Shown one piece after another: positions 22,445-34,716 of a stretch of 64,000 nucleotides of DNA. Position 1 is the stretch's first letter. Every line of letters begins with the position of its first letter. The DNA comes from a virus (taxonomy: Duplodnaviria; Heunggongvirae; Uroviricota; Caudoviricetes). The translations under genes were made by a program, and so were the position numbers. Location of the stretch: the IMG/VR virus record IMGVR_UViG_3300032007_000013. The stretch is one strand, 5' to 3'. The notes under the pieces were generated by a model. The model was given only the letters and a program-made list of their open reading frames with translations. It did no database searches and had not been told where the DNA came from.

Positions 22445-23026
22445 ATGTCAGAAAAATATACTATAATTGCTTTGATGGGGAAAGCTGGTTCTGGTAAAGA
22501 CACTATAATGCGGGCATTATTAAAATAGCCCGCATTTAAGGATGCTGTCCCTATTATCAGTTGTACTACTCGTCCTAGACGAGAAAAAGAACAAAATGGA
22601 GTAGATTACCATTTTTTAACAAATGAAGAATTTACTAATAAAATTCTTTCTGGTGATATGTTAGAAGCTACTGTTTTTAATGATTGGTGCTATGGAACAT
22701 CATTAGAAAATTTATCAAAAGATAAAGTTAATATTGGAGTTTTTAATCCAGAAGGAGTAGGATTATTAAGAGGAAATTCTAATATTAATTTAAAACTTAT
22801 TTATATTGAAGCTAATGATAAAGATAGATTGTTAAGATAGTTAAATAGAGAAAAAAACCCAGACGTACATGAAATTATTCGTCGTTATTCTGCGGATGAA
22901 ATGGATTTTACAGAAGAAGAAATTTAGTATCTTGAACCAGATTGCTTTATTACTAATAATGATGGCGGCAGCGTGAATCATATTGCCAAAGCTATCGCGG
23001 GTGCCTATGCCTCAGGGCAATTATAA
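22445..23026 (+). CDS. gmk: Guanylate kinase-like protein (193 aa)
   Basis: GKAGSGKDT, SCTTRPRREKEQNGVDYHF, WCYGTS. Confidence 0.88.
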
Positions 23027-23056
23027 TTAAAGAAATAGAAAGAAAAACTAAATATA
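23015..23056 (+). promoter_or_regulatory. GG(A/G)C-N33-ATATA motif upstream of nrdD
   Basis: GGGCAATTAT...AAATATAG; same spacing as the copies at 43366-43407 and 53732-53773. Confidence 0.4.
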
Positions 23057-23104
23057 GTGATAAACGAAAATTTTATACTACATTTAGTGGAGGAATATAT
23101 AGAT

Positions 23105-25390
23105 ATGGTTATTAAACGTGATAACTCAAAAGTTGCCTTTGATGGCAAGAAAATTATAGATGCTATTAATAAAGCATTTATTGAAGTAGATGGTCAGTTA
23201 TATGAAAATGATACTGCTACTGATATTGCCATTGAAATAGGTAAAAAATATATTAATGATGATGTTGATGTTGAAACAATTCAAAATGAAGTAGAAGATT
23301 ATTTAATGCGATCAGAACGCAAAGATGTAGCCCGTGCTTATATTCGTTATAGATATAAAAAAGAAGTAGCTCGAAAAGTTAAAGATGATTTTATTGCTCC
23401 TATCAAGGATAAACTTGAAGCAGCTAATGTATAGAATCAAAACGCTAATGTCGATGAACATTCATTCGGTGGCCGCATGGGTGAAGCTGCTAGCTATATG
23501 ACTAAAAAATATGCTCTTGATTATCTTATTTCTGATATGGCAAGATATAATCATTTAAATAATAGAATTTATATCCATGATTTAGACCATTATGCTCTTG
23601 GTGACCATAATTGTTTAAGTGTACCATTTGATGAATTATTAGCAAATGGTTTCAATACTCGTCAATCTGATGTACGTCCTGCTGGGTCTGTAAATACAGC
23701 TTGCCAATTAGTAGCTGTTATTTTCCAACTTCAATCATTACAATAGTTCGGCGGAGTAAGTGCTACACATATTGACTGGACAATGGTTCCATATATTCGT
23801 AAAAGTTTTACTAAACATATTGAAGATGGATTAGTTTATATAGAACATTTATCTTAGTATAAATAGAAACGTTTTACTAAATGGTTAAAAAATGATCCAG
23901 AACATCCAGATGGAACTATCCACTTTGATGATGCTGATTTTTAGAAGAAGCATCCAGAAGTATTTGAATATGCTATGGATATGACTGAAAAAGAAGTTCA
24001 TCAAGCTGTCGAAGGTCTTTATCATAATTTAAATACATTACAAAGTCGTTCTGGTAATCAATTGCCATTTACTTCTATTAATTATGGTACTTGCACTTTA
24101 CCAGAAGGAAGAATGTTTACTCGTGCTTTACTAGAAGTTAGTATTGAAGGACTTGGAAAATTACATAAAACTTCTATTTTTCCATGCGGTATTTTTTAGT
24201 GTATGAATGGCGTTAATCGTAAATATGGTGATCCAAATTATGATTTATACATTTTAGCATTAGAAAGTACTTCTAAACGTCTTTATCCAAATTATGCTAA
24301 TGTAGATTGGTCTGGTAATGCTGGATATGATAAAAATGATCCAACTACTTATTTCAGCACCATGGGATGTAGAACTGTCAATGGAGCTGATATTAATGCA
24401 GAACCAGGCGTAAATCCTCAACGCAAAGATGGCCGTGGTAATATTTGTCCAGTAACAATTATTATGCCGACTTTGGCTATGGAGGCATGGGAAAAGTTGG
24501 ATAATTAGCCATGGGAAACCGATGGAGATGGTACTCAATATAAAGGCGGAAATGTAGTAGATACTTTTATGGAATTATTAGATAAAGCAATTTTTGATGC
24601 CAGAGACATGCTTTTAGAGCGTTTTGAGTGGATTTGTTCACAAGACCCATCTAGTGCTAAGTTTATGTATGAAAATAATACCATGAGTGGTTATCATCCA
24701 AGAGAAGGAATTATTAGTGCCCTTAAGCATGGTACATTAGTTATTGGACAGCTTGGTTTGGCTGAAACTCTTCAAATTCTTATCCATCAAGATCATACAA
24801 CTGCTACTGGTATGGAAGTTGCTAAACGTATTGAACAATTATTTAAAGATAGATGTGCTCAATTCAAACAAGAAGAGCATTTAAATTTTGGTGTTTATTA
24901 TACTCCTGCGGAGAATCTTTGTTATACAGCTCTTAAAAAATTCCGTGAAAAATATGGGGTTATTAAAAATATTAGCGATAAGGATTTCTTTACAAATTCT
25001 ATTCATGTACCTGTTTGGAAAAATATGAGTCCATTCGATAAAATTGATATTGAAAGTCAATTAACTGGATATAGTAATGCTGGATGCATTACTTATGTAG
25101 AATTAGATGCTTCTGTTGTTCATAATATTGAAGCATTAGAATAGATTGTTAATTATGCTATGGATCATGATATCCCATATTTTGCTATTAATGTTCCTTC
25201 TGATACTTGTTTAGATTGTGGTTTTTAGGGAGAAATAAATGATAAGTGTCCTATGTGTGGAAGTACTCATATTCAACAATTGCGTCGTGTAACTGGTTAT
25301 TTAACTGGTAATTATAAAACTGCTTTTAATCTTGGCAAACAAGATGAAGTCCATTATCGAGTAAAACATGTTGGAGAAATGACACAATGA
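23105..25390 (+). CDS. nrdD: Anaerobic ribonucleoside-triphosphate reductase with ATP cone (761 aa)
   Basis: VIKRD ATP cone, YIHDLD, QSLQQFGG, TLQSRSGNQLPFTSINYG, TMGCRT, TPAENL, FFTNS, CLDCG..CPMCG, RRVTGYL glycyl-radical motif. Confidence 0.96.
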
Positions 25391-25866
25391 AATATGCAGG
25401 GATAATTAAAAATGATGTTGCTGCTGGGAAAGGCGTTTGCGTTACATTCTTTGTTCAAGGATGTGACGCACATTGCCCTGGATGCCATAATCCAGAAACC
25501 TGGGATTTTGATGGTGGATATGAATTTACACAAGACACAATTAATTCAATTATTAATGCTTTAAATGCTAATGGAGTTTAGCGTAATTTATGTATTATGG
25601 GTGGAGAACCATTACATGAACGTAATTAGTTTTTAGTATAGTTATTAATACAAGAAGTAAAAAAAGTATATCCAGATATAAAGATATATTTATGGACAGG
25701 ATACCTTTATGAAGATTTAATTGAAAAACACGAAAAAATATTGTAGAATATATTATAGGAAATAGATGTATTAATTGATGGACCTTTTATTAAAGAATAG
25801 AGAGATATTACTCTTGCTATGAGAGGTTCTAGGAATCAACGAATTATAAATTTAAAGGAAAAATAA
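25387..25866 (+). CDS. nrdG: Anaerobic RNR activating radical SAM protein (159 aa)
   Basis: FVQGCDAHCPGCHNPETWDF, MGGEP, LIDGPF, RGSRNQR; directly follows nrdD. Confidence 0.95.
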
Positions 25867-25867
25867 A

Positions 25868-26242
25868 ATGGAAGAAAAATCATACGGACAAAGAGATATT
25901 CCAGATATTATTATTAATTTTTAGGGACATAGTTATAATTTAAAATCTTATTATTAGAAATTTACTTGTATCCACAAAACAAATAAACGTAGTAAATGGA
26001 TTATAAAAGTGGCCGTTTTACCCGAATATTTAAGAGAATCTCTTTTTGAAAGATATGTAGATGTAACAATTAAAGAGATTCATAGGATGGTAGAGACTAA
26101 TGAAGATATTGAATATACCTATAATTTATATAAACCTAAAATTAAAATAATAGAATATCAAGATTGTACTATTGATGAACCGGTATCTTATAAAATTATT
26201 ATTACTGGTCGTATTTTAGAAAAAAAGGAGATACAAATATGA
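25868..26242 (+). CDS. Hypothetical protein, paralog of 14155-14640 (124 aa)
   Basis: KTNKRSKWIIKVAVLPEY...IKEIHR...YKIIITGR. Confidence 0.7.
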
Positions 26243-26601
26243 TTATTACACTTTGCGGAAGTACTAAATTTAAAAATGAATTTGAAGAAGTTGCTAAGAA
26301 TCTTGCCCTTGAAGGACATGCTGTTCTTAGTGTGAATATGTTCCATCACGCAGATAATCTTGAACTTACTACTGAATAGAAGATTCGTCTTGATAATGCT
26401 CATAAGGAAAAGATTAATGCTAGTGATGCTATCTTTGTTATTAATAAAGATGGATATATTGGAGAAAGCACTTTTAGTGAAATTGACTGGGCTCAACGTA
26501 TGAAGAAGGAAATTTATTTTCTTGAAAATCCAAATCCAGAAGAAGAGAAAACTGAGGAAAATAAAGATAACACTACTGAAATTAAAGAAAATAATAACTA
26601 A
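26239..26601 (+). CDS. NDT-fold (nucleoside deoxyribosyltransferase-like) small protein (120 aa)
   Basis: MIITLCGSTKF...AHKEKINASDAIFVINKDGYIGESTFSEIDWA. Confidence 0.65.
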
Positions 26602-27263
26602 TGTCTATTAAAGAAAATACTATTCAATTAAAAAATGATGTAATAAAAATAGCTGAATAGTATCTTAATTCATTAAGTCCTATATTAATTTAGTATTATA
26701 ATAATTTAAATAACAATAAAATTGATGATATTGATTTAATAGATATAAACGAATTATATTCTTCATTTTCTAATTTTATAATTGAACAAATGGAAGATAT
26801 GCTTGGCGATGTTTATCAAGCTGTTGTAAAATTTATAAAAAATACTTATGGAAATACTGATTACCCTATTAGTGAAATAGAATTTTATCATAAAGATAAT
26901 TTAACAATTCAAGATAGATTATTTAAATGGTTTAATCCTACAAGCAATAATTTTATAAATGATAAAATTACTGCTATTTATTATTTATCAAGAATATTAA
27001 AATCTGAATGTCGTAATACTGAAGAAAAAACAAAACATGATAAACTTTGGGAACTTTGTGATTATTTCATAATTGATAATGAAGATGAAGATTTTTGTAA
27101 TACAGTTCCAGAATGTCAATTAAATTAGGGACGTCATTATAAAAATGAAAATATTAAATTGCCATTATATCATCCAGAATGTGAATGTTTTATTGAATAT
27201 TATGGCAAAAATTTAGGATTAATTGGCGTTGAAGATTATGATGAATTAAAGGAGAATAATTAA
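26601..27263 (+). CDS. Hypothetical protein with C-terminal MuF-like P.YHP.C.C motif (220 aa)
   Basis: ...FCNTVPECQLNQG...KLPLYHPECECFIEY. Confidence 0.55.
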
Positions 27264-27778
27264 TGAATATATATTTAGCTGGACCAATCTTCTTTTATGG
27301 AGATTATTTAAGAAATATTGAATGGGCTAATAAAATTAGATAGGCATTTCCAGATGCCTATCTATATAGTCCAGTAGAGAATACAGATATAAATGGTGTA
27401 GAGGGCAAGAAAAAATTCGCCGGCTCACAAGAAATCGCCAATGGAGATAATATTCGTCTTGATAATACTGATGTATTGATTGCCTGTATTGATGGTGATG
27501 TGCTTCCTTCTGGTACTTGTGCTGAAATTGGCAAGTTTCATGAAAAAATTATGCGTGGCGATAATAAATATATTATTGGTATTTGTACCGATACTCGTCA
27601 ATGTTATAATACTCATAGTGAAGCAAAAGATGCTGGTGGGGCTGCTAGTTTAGGAGAGCAACAATATAGTTATCAAAATCTTTATGTTACAGGTTTAATT
27701 AAGCAAGCTGGAACATTAGTTTATACTATCGACGAAGTTATTGATGTTTTAAAAAAGGTTGCTGATAAATATGAATAA
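27263..27778 (+). CDS. Nucleoside 2-deoxyribosyltransferase / nucleotide N-glycosidase family protein (171 aa)
   Basis: MNIYLAGPIF...YSPVEN...DNIRLDNTDVLIACIDG...SGTCAEIG...YQNLYVTG. Confidence 0.8.
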
Positions 27779-28574
27779 ATGTTTTGACGTTCCATTTAAT
27801 TTTGATGAATCTTTTATTTACGCAATTGAAAATATAAGATTCTAGAAGTATAAAATTAATTCTTATTATATTTATCCTTTTTCAGAAGACTATGAAATGA
27901 CAGATTTAACTAGTACAATTACAATGCCTTCAACAAGAGAAGAATATGAGCATTGGCTAATTGAATATTTTAAAGCTAATGTTGATTTAAATTTATTTAA
28001 AATGCAATTAATATTAGAAAATCCTAATACAGTTATGGACAAGAATACATTAAAATATTATTTAAATTTTGGTTTTTCTCAATTTAGTTGTTCTAGTATT
28101 GAACAAGCTCAAATTATTAAAGAAGTATATCCAGAAGCTGAAATTATTGGATCTATATTTATGAATATTTCTTCTGAAAAGTTAGAACAACATCCTGAAT
28201 ATCAAGATTATTTTAATAAATTTGTTTTACCTTTTTCTTATAATAGAAATATAGATGCTATTAAATTATTACCAGATACTTATGAATATATTATTATACC
28301 GAATGCTAATCTTCAAATAAATGATAATTTAACTAAAGAAAATTTTACTTCATTACAAGATTTAAGCTAGTTAGTAAATAAAGAAACATATTTAAATTCA
28401 GCAAAAATAAGACCAGTTGATATAATGTATTTTAGTAAATATGTTCATTAGTTTAGATTATAGCATCCTGACTGGACAACTACTTGGATTTTATAGGAGC
28501 TAATTGGTTATTCATATTTATATGAAAATTATCCTAATATAGAATATAATAAAGCGATATATGGAGAGACATAA
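27771..28574 (+). CDS. U32-family-like protein, Cys-degenerate paralog (267 aa)
   Basis: Aligns by eye with 35806-36636 (FD.P(F/Y)NFD, Q.....S..QA..IKE..P..EI.GSI.M, FVL.F.YNRNI) but lacks its Cys cluster. Confidence 0.6.
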
Positions 28575-28579
28575 TATAA

Positions 28580-29839
28580 ATGATTAATAAAAATATTGAT
28601 TATAAAGAAGATTATTTATATCCGGTAAATATTCATTTAAATCTTACTGATGACTGTAATTTACGTTGTAAATATTGTTTTGTTCATCATAAGCCTAATT
28701 ATATGCCACTAGAAGTTGCTTTAAAAGCTGTAGATTGGCTTTATGAAAATTATCTTTATCATAAAGAACATAATACTTTGTTAACATATACAAATAATGG
28801 AAAATGTAATATTTAGTTTTTTGGTGGAGAACCAATGTTGTGCTATGAAAGTGTCATTAAACCAGTTGTAAAATATTGTAATGAAAAATATCCTTTTGCT
28901 TTTCATTATGGTATTACAACTAATGGAACTTTATTGAATAAAGAGAGAATAGATTTTTTAAAAGAAAATAATTTTTCTATTCTATATTCAATTGATGGGC
29001 CTCCAGAAGTATAGAATTATAGTAGACCTTGTAAAGATCCTAATATAAAAAGTTTTGATTTAATGGCTAAAAATTTACCATATTTATTAAAGTAGTTTCC
29101 ATATTTGCCTTTCAGACAAACAATAAATATTGATACTGTAGATCATTTATATGATGGATATAAATATGCTGAATAGCTTGGATTTAAATATTGGGTATAC
29201 GTTATAGATAAAATTCACCCACAAGGTTGGACAGATGAGAAAAAAGAAATTCTAAGAGACCAAATTAACCACATATATTACCATAGAATTATTTAGTTAT
29301 AGAATAATGTTTTACCTATGCAAACTCCTAGAATGGATTTAAGTTTATGGAATGTAATATAGACTTTATTGGCCGCGGCAGATGAAACAGGAGAGTATGA
29401 GAGTTCTTTAACTCCAAGGATATGCGGAGTTGGATTAATGGCAGAATCTGTTGCTCATAATGGAGATATCTTTACATGCCAAGAATAGGTTACTTGGGAT
29501 AATAATAATATTTTTAAAGTAGGAAATATCTTTGAAAATAAAATTGAAATATAGAAATAGAAGAATATTTTTGAAAGATTTATTAAAGAATTAAAAGAGA
29601 TAGATTTAAGTGGTAATAAGTAGTGCCAAAATTGCCCACTTAGATTATTTTGTGAAGGTAGTGTTTATTGTCCATCAACGTCTTATATGTTGCATGGAAA
29701 ATTAGCTTATCCACCAGAAGATATAGATTGTTTTGAAAAATAGGTTCATTATCAAAATATTATGCTTATGCTATAGTTATTATTAGGTTAGGATAATGAA
29801 GCTATACATAAATTTTTAACAAATTAGTAGATATTTTAA
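28580..29839 (+). CDS. Radical SAM/SPASM peptide maturase-like protein 1 (419 aa)
   Basis: CNLRCKYC, FFGGEP, TTNGTLL, SIDGP; SPASM CGVG...GDIFTCQE...CQNCPLRLFCEGSVYCP; about 16 TAG=Q by manual count. Confidence 0.9.
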
Positions 29840-29868
29840 TATCTATAGAAAGGAGAGGCAGTTATATA

Positions 29869-30369
29869 ATGGCAACTTTTTGTAGTAGTAATCAATTAGC
29901 TATAAATTATATTAGTTCTAGCGATACTAATGTTTAGTCTTTGATTACAAAAATTAAAAATGGAACTGCTTTAGTAAGTGCCGGTACCGCAGCCGATGAT
30001 GCTTTATATAATCGTTTAATTACAATTTTAAATTTAATATATAATTATGGAAAATATGGTACTAGAACGAATAATCCTGGTTCAATTCCCGCCACAGTTA
30101 GTGCTGGTACTACTATGAGTTATACTAAATATAATCAAATGTTAGCTTCTTTAAGTACTCCTTCTGGAACTAATACTAGCAGAACTGGTTCTAATATTAG
30201 TGCTGGAACGGCAATGACAGCTACTCAAATTAATAACCTAGGAAGTTATTTAAAAGCTTATAAATTTTATAAAAATAGATGTAATAGTTGTAATACTGCC
30301 CAAGGATGTGGAGATAGTGGTGGTGGCGGTTATGATTCTTGCTATGGTGGTACTGGCGGCCGTTGTTAA
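29869..30369 (+). CDS. Long-leader Cys/Gly-rich precursor-like protein 1 (166 aa)
   Basis: T/S/G/A-rich body; C-terminal core RCNSCNTAQGCGDSGGGGYDSCYGGTGGRC*; GAAAGGAG RBS; directly after rSAM1. Confidence 0.75.
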
Positions 30370-30371
30370 TT

Positions 30372-31643
30372 ATGATTAATACAATTTGTATAGTGCTAAA
30401 TAGTAAATGTAATTTAAATTGTAAATATTGTTCTGCCAATAAAGATATTGTTACTTTAAATTTTAATCAAATTATTCAGAATGCCTGGAAAGATAATACC
30501 TATTTAAATACTGTTAAATAGGTATTATTTAAATTAAATATTCCATTAACTAATATTACTCATATTTATTTATGGGGCGGTGAACCTTTATTAGATTTAT
30601 CTTATTTTAATTCTTCAATAAGAGATTTATTTCAAATTTTTCCAAATATTAATTCTTTTTGGACTTCTACTAATTTTAATATTAATATAGAAAAATTAAT
30701 TGAATTATTTTAGAATATAGAATTATATGCTAATCAAAATATTAAGTTTGATTTATAGATTTCTATGGATGGCATTTATAATGAAAATGGCCATAATTTA
30801 CCAGTATCTTTATATTAGAAAAATTTAGAATTATTAATTAATAAATTAAATTTATTTAAAATGTCTAAACTGTATTTAAATTTAAATTTTAGATCTACAT
30901 TATTAGAAGAAGATTTTTTAAATAATTTAAATACAGAAGAAAATATAAATAATTATTTTCTTCAATAGAAAGAATTATTGAATTTTGTAAATAATTTAAT
31001 AATAAATGGTCATATAATATTTTCTAATATTTTAATTCCAAGACTTGCTACTCCAAGTTACTCTACTTCAAGTAGTGGCATTGAATTATATAAAAATATT
31101 TAGTTATGGGATAAAATTGCTAATAATTATGAATAGATAATTTTAAATTTACCATTAAAATTTTTTGCTAATAATTATGAATGTCCTAATTATACTTCTA
31201 GTTTAATTATTTTACCAGATGGCGGTATTAGTTATTGTGTTTACAGCTATTTAACAGCTATTGAAAATTATGAAAGAAGTAAAATAGAAAATAGTTATTT
31301 TTTTAATCCATTAATAATGCCAGAAGAAAAATGTAAAAGATAGTACAGTTATTTAGTTAATGGAGTTAAAAATAATATATCTACACATAGAACTATTGCT
31401 TTTAATTTATGTAAAGATTTATTGCATAGTAATCAAATTTCATAGATTTATGAAAATGATGATATATTATTAAAACATTTAATTTTAATGGAAAGTCTTA
31501 CTGATTGTATGTTTAATGCTGTCCATGAAACAACTGTCCCATATGCGAATTCTCCATCTTATTTTAGGAGATATTTTAATGGAATTGCTGAATACATATA
31601 TAATAAAAAAATGTCGTTATTAAAAAAGGAATTATAGTTATGA
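30372..31643 (+). CDS. Radical SAM protein 2, divergent auxiliary-cluster domain (423 aa)
   Basis: CNLNCKYC, LWGGEP, STN, ISMDG; twitch-like CPNYTSSLIILPDGGISYC. Confidence 0.82.
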
Positions 31644-32959
31644 AAACTTATTTAGATGAAGATAATGAAGTATTTAATACTATTTTAGAACAAGAATATT
31701 TTACCGAGTTTAAATTAGGAAATAAAAGTATTGAATTAGAATTATCTGGCTTATGTTCAGCAAATTGCCAATATTGTTATTTAAAAAAATATTAGAAAGA
31801 TTTATTTCCAAAAGAATTATATAATGAAAAAAATATTATTGATAATATAAATTTATTATTACAATGGTATATAAAAAATAATTTTACTTGTAGAATTAGT
31901 TTATTTTCTGGTGAATGGTTAACTACTTCTCTTATGGAACCAGTATTTAATTCTATTTATAATAATTTTAAAGATGCCCAAGAATATTAGAAACCAATTG
32001 ATATTTTAATTCCAGATAATATGAATTTTATACATAGTACAGAACTTACTGATAAAATTTAGTATTATATAGATTTGTTATAGTCTATTCATATTCCAAT
32101 AATAATTAGTGCTAGTATTGATGGAAAGTATTGTGATTTTGGAAGAGTAGAATAGTCAGATGAATTTTATCAAAAATGTTTTGAATTTTGTGATAAAAAT
32201 AATTTTTTCTGTCATCCTATGATTTCTCCATAGAATATAAAGAATTGGAAAGAAAATTATTTATGGTGGCTCACTAATGCCCCACAAAAAATTGTAGAGA
32301 ATTTAGTAATGCTTGAAACAAAAAATGAAAATTGGGATAATGATTCTATTTTAGCTTTATTAGATTTTTGTAATTTTTTAATTGAAAGTAAATTAATAAA
32401 ATATAATAATGATTTATTAAAATTTGCTAATTCAATTTTTTATCCAAAAGGGTATACCATAGAATAGTCAAAAATCCGTTTATATAATTCTAAAAAGTCC
32501 AAAGGTATTACTTGTACAATGTCTAAAGAATTATCTATTCGAGTTGCTGATTTATCTTTAATATTATGTCATAGATTATCTTATGAAGAATTATTACTTG
32601 GTAAATTCATTATAGAAGATAATTAGATTACAAAAATATAGGCTAATAAAAACAAAGTACCTCTTTTATCTATAAAAGCTCATTTTAATAGAAGTTGTGC
32701 CCCATTATGTGAAAAATGTATTTTTGAACCAATATGTCCAGGATTCTGTTGCGGTTTGGCTTATGAGACTTTTAATAATATTTTAGTACCAACGCCAAAC
32801 ATGTGTAATATGTATAAAACAAAATATATTTTTTTAATTAAAAAATATAATGATATGGGCATTTTTGATTTAATAGAAAATAATATTTTTCAATTTAAAT
32901 TAGAAGAAGAAAAACATTATATTCTTAGTTTAAGAGATACTATATTAAATGAGGTATAA
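31640..32959 (+). CDS. Radical SAM/SPASM protein 3 (439 aa)
   Basis: CSANCQYC, LFSGE, SASIDG; CTMS...LCHRL...CAPLCEKCIFEPICPGFCCG...C. Confidence 0.87.
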
Positions 32960-32962
32960 TAT

Positions 32963-33226
32963 ATGGATAATTTATTTTATAAAATGACATTTGAATGTTC
33001 TAATAATTTTTCTATTACTGATGCTTATTATTATTTAGAAAAAATATATAATAATTTACAATATCTAGAAAATGGTTATGAAATTATAGATTACCAAAAA
33101 TTAATTTATATAGATTTTTATTATGGATATGATAATGATATTTAGTTTTATTTAACAAAAATAAAAGAGATTATAGCAAATTTTTGGATAAATGAATAGA
33201 AAATTATTATTAGAGTAAAAAATTAA
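32963..33226 (+). CDS. Small hypothetical protein in the rSAM cluster (87 aa)
   Basis: GAGG RBS; MDNLFYKMTFECSNN...KIIIRVKN*. Confidence 0.6.
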
Positions 33227-33310
33227 AAAAAATATAAATTTTATAAAACTTATATTTTTTTAATTTATATTTATAAATTATTTATAATAAAGATATATAT
33301 GAATAGTAAT

Positions 33311-33340
33311 AGGATAAGTTAATACTTATCCTCTTATTTT
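33311..33340 (+). terminator. Terminator ending rSAM module 1
   Basis: AGGATAAGT-TAAT-ACTTATCCT followed by CTTATTTT. Confidence 0.7.
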
Positions 33341-33368
33341 TGACTTTTGAAAAAAAATATGCTATAAT
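33340..33368 (+). promoter_or_regulatory. Sigma70/SigA promoter for rSAM module 2
   Basis: TTGACT-N17-TATAAT with extended -10 TG. Confidence 0.8.
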
Positions 33369-33415
33369 TTTTTAATAGATAAAAGAAAAATATTTTGAAA
33401 GGATTATATTTTATA

Positions 33416-34711
33416 ATGGAAAGTTTTGTATATGAAGAAAGTTTTTTACATCCTACTAATATATTATTAAATGTTACAGATGCATGTAATTTAAAATGTC
33501 GATACTGTTTTGTTGAATAGCATCCTCATTATATGAATTTTTCAACCGCAAAAACTGCTGTAGATTGGGTAGTATCTAATTATTATTGGAAATTAGAAAG
33601 AAATATAATTAAAGAAGACAAGCATATTACTATTTATTTTTTTGGTGGAGAGCCTACTTTATAGTGGGATATAATTATTCAACCATTATGTAAATATTGC
33701 AAATCACAATATCCTAATTTAATATTTAAATTTGGAATGACTACAAATGGAACGCTCCTTAATGAAGAACGGATTCAATTTTGTAAAGAGTATGATTTTC
33801 ATATATTATTATCTTGCGATGGTGATCAAGTTACATAGAATTATAATAGACCTTGTCATAATGAACAAATAGATAGTTTTAATTTAATAAAACCAAATTT
33901 ATATTTAATTAAAAAATATTTCCCAACAACAACTTTTAGGTCTACAATAATTCCAGAAACAGTACATAATTTATATAATGATTATTGTTTTGCTGAATCA
34001 TTAGGGTTTACTTGGTATTATTCAATGCCAAATTGCCGCTAGCATTGGCCAGAAGACAAAATAAATATTTTAAAAGAACAAATGTAGAAAATTTTTATAA
34101 GAAGAACAAATCAATATATTTTAGGAATTGAGCCTATGCATTTTTCTCTAATAAATGAATTTTATAATTTTATTTTATCTAGAGATATATCATTTGCTAC
34201 AAATGATGATTATTTTATTAATAAAAAGAATCCTTCTAAGAAAGTAAATAGATGTGGTTTAGGAATTAATCAATGTGCAATAGCTTATGATGGAAATATT
34301 TATGGTTGCCAAGAACAACCTAGTCAAGGAAGAAAAAGTTTTTTTTATATTGGTAATTTATTTATAGACCAAGGAATAAATAAAAAAGAACATAATAGGT
34401 TATTAACTGCTTATGTAAATAGACAAAATTTAATTTGTGAAAATAAAATTTTATGTTAGAAAGAGAATTGCCCTTTATGGAACATTTGTTATGTAAAAGA
34501 TTGTCCTTCTACCTCGTATGATTTATTTCAAAATTTAAATACATAGAGTGAAATAAAATGTATATGGAAATCAATTATTTTAAATAATTGTATAACACAA
34601 ATGAAAATTTTAATAGATAAAAATTGTGAATATTTTATTAATTATTTAAATCGTTTACCAAGTTTTATTGAAATTACATAGCAATTAAGGTTAATAGAGC
34701 AATAGGAGTGA
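33416..34711 (+). CDS. Radical SAM/SPASM peptide maturase-like protein 4, paralog of rSAM1 (431 aa)
   Basis: LNVTDACNLKCRYCFVEQHPHYM, FFGGEP, TTNGTLL, SCDG, RCGLG...DGNIYGCQEQ...CPLWNIC...CPSTSY. Confidence 0.9.
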
Positions 34712-34716
34712 AAAAT

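Noticed and set aside
23590-23630. Intein C-terminus (HNC) in nrdD
   Set aside because: GDHNCLSVPF follows YIHDLD as a normal NrdD segment, the protein length is ordinary, and no N-terminal splicing block or endonuclease domain is present.
25387-25866. nrdG as part of the radical SAM peptide cluster
   Set aside because: It is a typical short RNR activase overlapping the nrdD stop codon.
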